Assembly: GCA_002269645.1 (NCBI GenBank) | Contig: NIVC01000260.1 | Location: 434,001 to 498,000, forward strand | Length of the DNA stretch: 64,000 nt | Direction of reading: 5' to 3' | DNA from: Macrostomum lignano | Taxonomy: Eukaryota | In this document: piece after piece, positions 55,040 to 64,000 of the stretch | Layout of the letters: each line of letters opens with the position of its first letter | Position numbering within the stretch: the first letter of the stretch is position 1 | Position numbers and translations under genes: made by a program | The notes under the pieces: model-generated | Database searches by the model: none | Told to the model about the DNA's origin: nothing | What the model saw: the letters and a program-made list of their open reading frames with translations, nothing else

Positions 55040-55640
55040 GTGACAAGAATCGCCAAAGAGTCATCTCATCGCAAACAACTCACTATAGTGACTCAAACGA
55101 CTCTGGGGCGACTCTTACTTTTTAACGACTCAAACGACTTCAATGCGACGGAGAGGCGACTGATGAGTCACAAGAGCCCATCACGTGAGTTATAGAATCA
55201 TGAGAGTCGTGAAAAAGTCGTCCAAAAGTCGTCTGTGTTAGCGCTTAACTTTCTACTGACTCAAGTAGTCTAAATAGAGTTGTTATAAATGCGAAATGCG
55301 GTTCTAATGCATAAAGTGACGCAAATGCCCTCTAGACGCAACTCAGTGATTCTACAGCGACTATGGCATGTCTCAATATGACTCTACGGCCCCAGAGTCG
55401 TTTCAGAGTCGCAGACAATAAAAGGCCTCAAATTGACTCTTCTAGGCGACTCTTTGATGACATTTTTTGCGCCTTGTACTCGTACCGTGACATTTCGGCT
55501 TTTTTACAGTTGTCTCGAGTCCATTTCTTTCCTATTTAACCTGCGTTACCTGCAGCGACTATAAAACAACTCTGAGGCGACTTGGTCTAGTAGGTACGGT
55601 TTTCATCTAGCTTCCTTAGTGCCGTTTCCCAGTAAAGAAT
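55040..55640. repeat. Dispersed repeat rich in GCGACT/GAGTCG motifs, probably a non-autonomous DNA element
   Basis: 55390-55452 has an inverted homologue at 45866-45936. Boundaries and family are unclear. Confidence 0.5.
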
Positions 55641-56489
55641 CATCACAAATAGCTACGACTGCTTTTTTAGTTCATTTTCTGCAAGCATCGCGGATCCTAG
55701 CCCGAGTCACGCAAAGAAGCAGCCAAATCTTTTAGCGGGCAAGCAACAAGAAATGCTTACGCTAAAAATATGGTCCAGTGGAGGGAGTGAAATCAAAAAG
55801 AAAGGTTGCTACGTACAATCAAATAGCTAACATTGACTTCGATAAAGTACACAGATTTAAAAACACACAAGTTTTCACCCCGAAACCAGTAGTCAAATTA
55901 TCCTCAGTTGACAAAATTCACTTTGTCATCTCAACTTTGTCGTCACAAAGCCCCAGCTTAGGCTGGTGAGGAGACAGTGGCAGAGTTACGAGTTATGGCC
56001 ATGGAGTTGGATTAAAGCTGCCATCTGTTAACTGGTTTCGGGTAGAATTCTTTTAACGTGGTTGCTGAGTGTACACAAGTAGTACATCTTGCACAGAAGT
56101 TATATCTATTTATCAATGTCTATCAAATCTTAGATCTATGGATACTCGTAAGTTAACTATTTAAACGAAAGATACTAAGAAAATTAAGGCAATTAAGGAT
56201 ACATTATTCTTAAAGCTAAATGTAACATCAATTTGAAGTTAGCTAACAAATATGAAAGTACTATATGTACTAACAAATTGTCTGATTTATCAAAACAAGC
56301 AAATTAATTAAAAGCAGTATAAAAACGGTCCGTTTGCTCAGACAATTAGACATACATCAGTAAAACAAAATTTCACACTGCAACTCGGAAAAAAATAAAT
56401 TTAAACTAAAACCTATATGATAATTGAGATTTTGAGTTTTTGAAGGAAACAATGAAAAAACCACTTAGAGAGAGCAGAGGCGCAAATAT

Positions 56490-56725
56490 ATCTGACAGTC
56501 ACAGATAGAAATGGCTGACATCCTGGCAATTGACATTAGATATCTGACAGTCAGGCTTAGATGTGTCTGACAGTCAGGCTTAGATGTGTCTGACAGTCAG
56601 GCTTAGATGTGTCTGACAGTCAGGCTTAGATGTGTCTGACAGTCAGGCTTAGATGTGTCTGACAGTCAGGCTTAGATGTGTCTGACAGTCAGCCTTAGAT
56701 GTGTCTGACAGTCAGGATTAGATGT
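56490..56725 (+). repeat. 23-bp minisatellite TCTGACAGTCAGGCTTAGATGTG
   Basis: About 9 units downstream of the G6Pase stop codon. Confidence 0.93.
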
Positions 56726-56800
56726 GGCACTAAGAGTCTCACTATAGGCCAAGGCAAGCAGGAGCTCTAATAAATGATCGCCAGGCATTCAACAATCGAT

Positions 56801-57928
56801 CTAGCGCTCCTTCTTAGCAGCGGACCGTTTACCGGCAGGTTTGGCAGCAGCCGTGGCGGTACCGTGTCTGGCAGCGTGTGGCCTGACGGCGTGGTGACTG
56901 CCGCGGCCTGCGCTAGCCAGCCGACGCGAGTCCAGCTTGGCTGCCAGCACCGGCAGCACAATAGTGACAATCAGCGGCATCAGGGCGTACTTGAATGCGG
57001 CAAACAGATAAGTCTGTAGATCGGAGAAGCCTGGCTTCGGCTGGAATCGCTTCTCCAACAATACGCAGGCGCACATTGACAAGAATCCTGCGAAGCACTT
57101 AGTCACGGTTCTACTAGGAGCCGGAACAGGCAGCAGGCTGGCCAGGAAGCTGGAGAAAGCGGCGCCAAGGATGGCACCAATATCGCGGTGGATGCTGAAT
57201 AGCGGCGTAGTGTCAATGCTAACCCACTCCGAGCTGGCGCAGTGCCGTTCGGCCAGCCGGATGGACCAGTCGGGATCGAGGCCCAGCTGACGCAGACAGT
57301 GACTAACACCCAGGGAGCTGCTGAACATTAGGAAGGCCAACAATAGCAGAGCAAACGGGCGAAGTATCTGGCTACCCATTTTCACGGCCACAATTGACAG
57401 CAGACAGCCGGTGATCACTCCGCCAACAGCCTGATGCGGAAAGTGAGTTGCTAAGAAACAGCGCGACACGCCCAGGGCGGTGATGCCAGCAAAGTAGGCG
57501 TATCTGACAGCCAACCTGGACTTGGTTGGCAAGCTCTGGCTGGCGTACAGCACAGGGATGTACCAGGAGGCCGCTGCCACCATGCAGTGACCGGACGGAG
57601 ACCCCGGGCCAGTCTCGCAGGTCTGAGGAAACTGGGCCAGAGTGAGATTCACTTGGCGCAGCCGCTCGCCAACCCACCAATAGGGCCGCTCTCCGTGCAG
57701 AGCCCATTTTAACAAGCCATTGAGCCACTCGGAGAAAGCGGCCGACCACAATACCGTGAGGCCCAGGTGCGAGTTCAATGCGTAGCACAATGGGAAAGCA
57801 ATTATAAATGCGCTGACGGGATGCCCAAAATCAGATAGCAGCATTAGAGGCTGGGCCAGCGGCATCAAGCCGGTCTGTAGGCCCGAGACGGCTCGAGCGC
57901 CGGACAGATGAAGCGAATCGAATACAGA
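56801..57928 (-). CDS. G6PC: Glucose-6-phosphatase (PAP2 family), single coding exon, start codon unresolved
   Basis: KWALHGERP (Kx6RP), GPGSPSGH, SRCFLATHFPHQ, TTPLFSIHRDIG, C-terminal KKER (KKXX-type ER retrieval signal). Confidence 0.92.
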   Translation of the reverse strand, partial: SVFDSLHLSGARAVSGLQTGLMPLAQPLMLLSDFGHPVSAFIIAFPLCYALNSHLGLTVLWSAAFSEWLNGLLKWALHGERPYWWVGERLRQVNLTLAQFPQTCETGPGSPSGHCMVAAASWYIPVLYASQSLPTKSRLAVRYAYFAGITALGVSRCFLATHFPHQAVGGVITGCLLSIVAVKMGSQILRPFALLLLAFLMFSSSLGVSHCLRQLGLDPDWSIRLAERHCASSEWVSIDTTPLFSIHRDIGAILGAAFSSFLASLLPVPAPSRTVTKCFAGFLSMCACVLLEKRFQPKPGFSDLQTYLFAAFKYALMPLIVTIVLPVLAAKLDSRRLASAGRGSHHAVRPHAARHGTATAAAKPAGKRSAAKKER

Positions 57929-57999
57929 CTCCAGCAAGGTTAATTATTCGGCTTGGTTTTAGCGAATCTTTTGCCTAATTAGGGCAGTTGGTACTGCCG

Positions 58000-58330
58000 G
58001 CAAACAGTAATGAGCACTCCCCTGACCCCTGAACAGACACACGCTCACACAGGGTGTACAACCAGTCCTGCCTGCTCAAGGTTTGTGTCTCTTCTCAGTT
58101 TTCTTCTCTCACCTCTCTTCTTATCTCTCCTGTCATCTCCCTTCTCCTCTCTTTTCCCTCCTCTTTCCTTTCTCCTCCTTTTCCTCTATTTTCTTCCTCC
58201 TTTCCCTTCTCTCTCCTTTCTCCTATTTCTCTTCTCTATTCTCTCTCCTCTCTCCCTTCCTCTGGCCCACAGTCATGCGCCAGGTTCTCGATCTGGCCCT
58301 TGAGGTAAAAAGTCTGCCAACCCTGATCTA
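58000..58330 (-). mobile_element. Degenerate SINE-like remnant split by a CT-rich tract (58095-58260)
   Basis: CACACGCTCACACAGGGTGTACA and ACTCCCCTGA match the SINE body at 54520-54590. Confidence 0.5.
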
Positions 58331-58819
58331 GATGGTCTTTCCTACAGGTAGATTACCTTGGCCACAATTCATTCTATTGAATGTGGTAAAACTACAATTT
58401 TAACAATTCTATGATTAATGCATGGCTGAGCTTCCCTGTGGTACCTTTGTTGGAAACTAGAAATCAAATGGCGCCTATTCAAATGCAGAAATTCTTAGAA
58501 ATTTAAAACCAAAGTCAAACTGCATTAATATACAATGCTTAATCATATAGAATGTTACCAGTTTAATTTGTATAAAAATATATAATAATATTGCCTATAT
58601 TGGTGATAAATAGGTACAGTAAAAGCACTAATTATCTAGCTTAGAGTGTAAATTTGTCGATAGAAAAGTACAACAAAAAATGAAAAAACTAGAACCGGTA
58701 GAAAATATTATTATTCTCGATTTGTGCACATGTTAACTTTATAAACTCCAGCTGAGCATTTTAACAATTATTGCAATGTAGTAGAACTTTACGATAGCTA
58801 AACAGACTTAGATTAAATT

Positions 58820-59841
58820 TCAAATAGCAACGCCTTTGGTGATAATGATGTTAGCATACTGGGCCAGCTCCCCCGTATGGACAACACAGTAGGCCCTCTC
58901 CGCTGCTCTGTAAAACTGTTCGCGAGGCAATAGTTGAACCCGACTTTTGCCGCTGCTGCTGGTCAATAAGCTAAAGTGCGGGTGCACTTTTGCATAGTCC
59001 GACCAGATTGGCGGGTTGGGACTGAATTTGTCAGCGTCTGATGGCTCAACCTGCCAATTGAAATATGATGCTTAATGCCTCCACATACTGTCTCACCACA
59101 CCCGTTCAAAATGTATTTCCCACCCTCTCCGTCTCCCCACCCCTCAACGTCTCATCACCCATCTCCGTCTCCCCACCCTCTCCGTCTCCCCACCCCTCTC
59201 CGTCTCCCCATCCCTCTCCGTCTCCCCACCCTCTCCATCTCCCCATCCCTCTCCGTCTCCCCACCCTCTCCGTCTCCCCACCCCTCTCCGTCTCCCCATC
59301 CCTCTCCGTCTCCCCACCCCTCTCCGTCTCCCCACCCATCTCCGTCTCCCCACCCTCTCCGTCTCCCCACCCTCTCCGTCTCCCCACCCTCTCCGTCTTC
59401 CCATCCCTCTCCGTCTCCCCACCCCTCTCCGTCTTCCCATCCCTCTCAATCTCCCCACCCCTCTGTCTCCCCATCCTTCTCCGTCTTCTCACCCCTCTCC
59501 ATCTCCCCACCCCTCTCCATCTCTCCACCCTTCTGCATCTCCCCGCGCCCACTGTGCCAGTCTCCCTCAGCCTCAACATAACCACCAAGCAAGCAACGAA
59601 CCTGCATGAGTGCGATGGGACTCTCAATATAGGTATCAATAGGCAGCACAGACATGATGGCTTCCAATAGTTGAGGCATTTCGACACCATCATAGCGAAT
59701 GACAGAACATCCAGCCCGCCGGGCAATACTGTGGCTAGGAAAATGGGCATCAGCCAGTACCAGAGTGTCGCCATGGCCCATCTCTGCTAGGCACTTCAGC
59801 AGTTCAGGCGACAACAGACTGGGTATGCCTAACAGAGGCAT
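58820..59841 (-). CDS. FUOM: L-fucose mutarotase (RbsD/FucU family), 2 exons, 156 aa
   Basis: Exons 59841-59602 and 59050-58820, phase 0. LSPELLKCLAEMGHGDTLVLADAHFP; REQFYRAAERAYCVVHTGELAQYANIIITKGV. Confidence 0.95.
59120..59545 (+). repeat. 18/19-bp repeat CCACCCTCTCCGTCTCCC in the FUOM intron
   Basis: About 22 units. Confidence 0.94.
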
Positions 59842-62744
59842 CTGAGCTGGAAGATGCAGTAAAATAAAACTCTAAAGAATAAGCAGTGACCCCAAGTGTT
59901 TGGCACAATGGGTTGTGCTATATGCTATTTTTCACTTCTAGCACAATTTTTCTGACAAGTTCCATGACTAATAAACATGCATATTGCACACATTAGGCAC
60001 ATGTCAGGAGTTGCTGTCAATGCATTTGCAGTGGAAACAAGGGTCTTTTCACCATGAAATAATCCTGTTTGGACAACTCTTTACACTATTAAAAATTTAT
60101 CTCCTAGCTATTGCCATACTCTACACATTGCAAGTTCACAAGAGCAAGTAATAGACAACAGAATTGGTTTTGAGATTCAACAAAGTTGATATATAAATAT
60201 TTCAATCATTAGCTAAGCATTTTATACTATATAATACTATATAAACAAAGCTTTGAAGCTCATTGCATCAAAGAAACAACCAAGTCATTAATGGTAGGTA
60301 AAACCAAGCAATGAAAAATGATTTATAATTGTGAATAACCAAAACTTAATAATTTATGCCAAAAGAGGTCTAATAGTTTATAGCATGCCTTTACAATTTG
60401 CATGATTATGGCTCTAAGAGCAATCAGACAAATGATCATACATGCGCAACTTTGGGATTCACCCGGCCGTTTCTATTGGCAACACACATATGTAAGTCGC
60501 TATTGGACAGAACAGTAGTCACGTGACTGCTCTCACGTTGCGCCCAAGGTTGCGCCCAAGCAAGCAAATGATATGCTATTCTACTTATAATGACATTAGA
60601 AAACTGGGTTTGGAAAAAAAACAATAAAAATTAGACATGGGATAAAGGAGAACAAGCAAGGAAATAATTACTTTTTGACCAAAAATTCTTACCTATAAAA
60701 GAAACCTTAAGCAAAATTAACATAATTTTGGGTAAATGGTGGGAATAAATAAGACTATTATTAAGACAAAATGCCTTATCATTTACTTAGTATAGTAAAA
60801 TAGACATTAGCCTATGTCTATTTTTTGGGTGGGTATTATTGCAACTTACCTTAGCTTGGCCCACACTTTTCAAGGTTACTAGTACACTAGAAATTTCTAT
60901 TCTAAAGATTTTGGCATAACAATTTATTATCTTGGCATACCACTTTAAGCTCACGTAAATTTTTTGCACACCAACTTATGCTTACAAAAACTTTAAAACT
61001 TTGATGAATAAAAAATTACACATTGCAATAATTTATCTTTTTTAGAATGTAGGCCTATATGCTAGGTCTATGAGAATTACTTACACACAAATTGTTTGCA
61101 AAAGATTTGCCCATTGAGATTTGCTTACTAAGCTTTTCTTGCCAAGATTTGCCTGCAATACATTTTGCCTTTGAACAAATTGCCTATAGAGATATTTTTG
61201 CAATGCAATTTTCCTGCAAGTGAATTAATTGCCTGCCAAGTTTTTTCTCACTGAGGTTTGCCTATAATACTTTTAGCTATATAGCATATTTTTCAGCTAG
61301 ATTCTATTTGTATTGCCCCTCTCTAAAAATATGCATTTGATATGCAGTTATTTCCAAAATGTTTTGATTGGATAAATCTCTTTATTAAGACTTACTAAAC
61401 ATTAGGGAGGCAATACAAACAAAATCTACTGCATGGAAATCCATTGCAAGAAAAAAGCATTGTGGACAAACCTTGGCAGACAATTTATTTGTGGGCAAAT
61501 TGCATTGTAGGCAAATCTCAGCAGGCAATTCTTATTAGAAATCAAGGTATCACATTAGAAATTAAAACCAAGGTCTAAGACAAGACAACTTGGGAACAAT
61601 GGTGCAATTATTAGGAATTAAAGCATATTATTATTATTGGGGATTGGGTATATAGAAATATTTTACTAATAATGATAAACAAAAAATAATAGTATAAAAA
61701 TGTTCAAAAGTTGAGTCAAAAATATAATTTTTTTGTAAAGTTAGGCCTATACTAATAAGACTAAGAATAATATGCAAACTAGGGCCTAGGCCCTTACATA
61801 CATCTTAGACCTAGGCTTATTAATATTAGTCTAATATAACTTAAGAGCATTGTACTGTACAGGCCTACTATAGGCCCTATTTCTATAGCTTAAGCCATGC
61901 ACAACAATACATAACTTATGTCATAAGAAGCCATTGCCAATGATAAATTGCAAATTGGTATAAAATTATGACCCACACTTTTGTTCCAGATAGAAAAGCA
62001 TTTGTTCAACTTTACCCCCACTAATAGTTTAATAGCAAAAGATTTTAAAACATCTATCTATAGACCTAGGCCTATACATCTATTATTGGCACCATCTGCA
62101 GTGAAGCATAGTGACAAATATAAAATATGCTAATCGCTAGGCCTAGAGGGACAGTCAGTGGGACTCGTGACGCCAGTTCCCTTTTACACTCATGACTCAC
62201 CCCTTTCAAAAGGGTAAACTCAGGCCTATAATAAAATAAATTAGTGCTACGTGCTACATGTAACTGTTTACATGGTTCAAATTGCTGTTGGTTCGGCCGT
62301 TTTGGCGACAGATTTCAGATAACCTTTGGCAATAACTGATGTAAGTTTCGCCATTTGGGCAACATTGTTATATATGAGGTGGGGGCGGAGAAAAGTTATG
62401 GGAAAACGGCGGCAGGCAGCGGTATAGTCTCTCTGTGCTGTACTGTACCTACCTAGGTTTACACCGAGCGAGAGCAAAGAGCTCGAGTAGTAGTAGTAGT
62501 AAGTTGGCTCAGGCAAGAAGCCTGTTTGGCCAATTATATTTCTGTGTATTTTAAGATTACTTCAGGTCCAGGAACAGAAGGTAATATTTTAGGATAAGTT
62601 ATTTACTACGATTACAAGTACGAGTTTTGCAATATGGTATTTGAAAGGATGCGTAAATTTTGTTGACGAAACTATGGACGACTAGCGAGGTGAAAGAAAG
62701 AGCAAGGAGTTAAAAAAGTATTGCGTGAAATTAAGTTCTATAAT

Positions 62745-63480
62745 AAGTAGTAGTAGTAGTAAAGTAGTAGTAGTAGTAAATAAAAAAATTTAGTAATAAA
62801 ATGCGATTCAGAAAAGGTAGTTAAATATTATTTTGTCAATATAACAAATATCTAGTATAATTAAGGATTGTTCTCAATAATAGGCGATTTTTGTAAAAAG
62901 ATATAGTATTTTTGAAAGCGCGTGATATTTCAAAGCGTGAAAAACGAGCATAAACACACTTCGAACGAACTTAACGACTAACGATTAACGACGAATAAAT
63001 AGGAAATTAAAAGACAGTAAATGAATAAGCAACTGAAAAGCGGATTTATTACACTGCTGATGTATCTGTTTCAGTTTGCATAACTGTTTTAGCTATTCAT
63101 GACTTCATATATTTTAGCTACACCAGTGAGCTCTTTTCTGACTCTTTTTTCATTTGTAGCATATCCTATCTTGTGTACTTGCTTGTCATTTAAGAGGTAT
63201 TGACAGAAGTATTTTTTCTGATCTTTTCAGTTTGTGGACATTCGGTCAAGTAGTGTAGGATATCGGAACCATTTCTCGCTCCACACAGTTTACATGCTTC
63301 TTGAGAGAAAATGTTGGGTGTTGTGACGTTGTCAGTTTAAGGTGGTCCCGAAAAGGGCCGTTGGACTGCTGTTCTCCATAGTCATTCAACCCTTCAGTTT
63401 CACCGTTTCAACTAAACTTTTCCATTCGTTTATTGCGACGTTTACTTGTAGTAGTGCCCAACGATTTTGTGGCAATTTCT
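62745..63480 (-). mobile_element. Degraded 3' end of a non-LTR retrotransposon
   Basis: The minus strand encodes CKLCGARNGSDILHYLTECPQTEKIR (63294-63217), a CCHC motif typical of LINE ORF2 C-termini. In-frame stop upstream; (TAC)n tract at ~62748-62778 may be the tail. Confidence 0.55.
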
Positions 63481-64000
63481 AATTCACTGTATATTTTGCT
63501 ATCCTCTCTCGCGACCGTATAAAATTGGCACGATCGATAATTTTAAGTTCTCTCGCCAGCCAATGAAATCACTCGTGCTCGCGCTACCCCCCCTCTGCGC
63601 TCTTTTATTAAACCCCCCGCCTGGCGGCGGGCACCCCTCACCCCTTTTTCGTCTCTCCCCGCTTGTCCCTTGTTTCCTTCCCTGCGGCCTCTTAGCTGTC
63701 TTATCTGTTTGTCTGGCTGCCTCGAGCCTCCTTTTTCTCCCCACGGTCCTTCTGTCTGGGCCAGCCTGCTCACACACTTACTTGACTGTTTCACGCCACG
63801 ACCGACGCCAACTCACCACTACGTTTCACTGCCTTCACTGTGCTCATAGCCACTGCTCACGTCACGTCGCCATTGTGTCATTCGCCTGCCACTTGACTTC
63901 ATATCCAAATTATTTTCAACCCATTGCTGCAGCCGCCAGTGCCCAGGAAGCTATAGTCTGTTTATTGCCAGTAACAACCAAACTTAATACTGATATTAAC

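Noticed and set aside
49946-56000. Short AT-rich ORFs (49946, 50621, 51075, 55778) and 62277-62516
   Set aside because: No recognisable motifs or splice context; several overlap transposon sequence.

Overview
Eukaryotic, very repeat-rich genomic DNA: GC-rich exons, GT-AG introns filled with minisatellites, and TTAGGG tracts. It looks like a free-living flatworm of the Macrostomum type; this is an inference, not verified. From start to end: (1) 1-10359, a head-to-tail array of non-autonomous Helitron-like elements carrying 23-bp satellites and TTAGGG tracts; (2) an internally deleted LOA/Lian-type LINE; (3) a small MITE; (4) an intronless HemK-like methyltransferase of bacterial appearance; (5) scrambled lectin-gene fragments beside a Helitron junction; (6) a secreted C-type lectin+PAN gene; (7) a 9-exon SLC5 symporter; (8) a 4-exon secreted PAN + ALK/LTK glycine-rich protein with a dead mariner in intron 2; (9) TIMMDC1; (10) a MAP2K5/MEK5-like kinase with two candidate first exons; (11) a 2-kb TIR element with a 7-bp TSD and a mariner MITE; (12) an intronless FABP; (13) a tRNA-SINE; (14) an intronless glucose-6-phosphatase and fucose mutarotase; (15) a LINE 3' remnant. 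Most notable: the G6Pase reading frame has a conserved N-terminus but no ATG for it, which fits a start codon supplied by the AUG-ending flatworm spliced leader in a candidate FUOM-G6PC operon; and the Helitron array shows exact CTAG|TC rolling-circle junctions plus apparent gene-fragment capture. All exon structures were derived by hand and checked for phase consistency, with no expression data. No CRISPR, rRNA or true tRNA genes were found.
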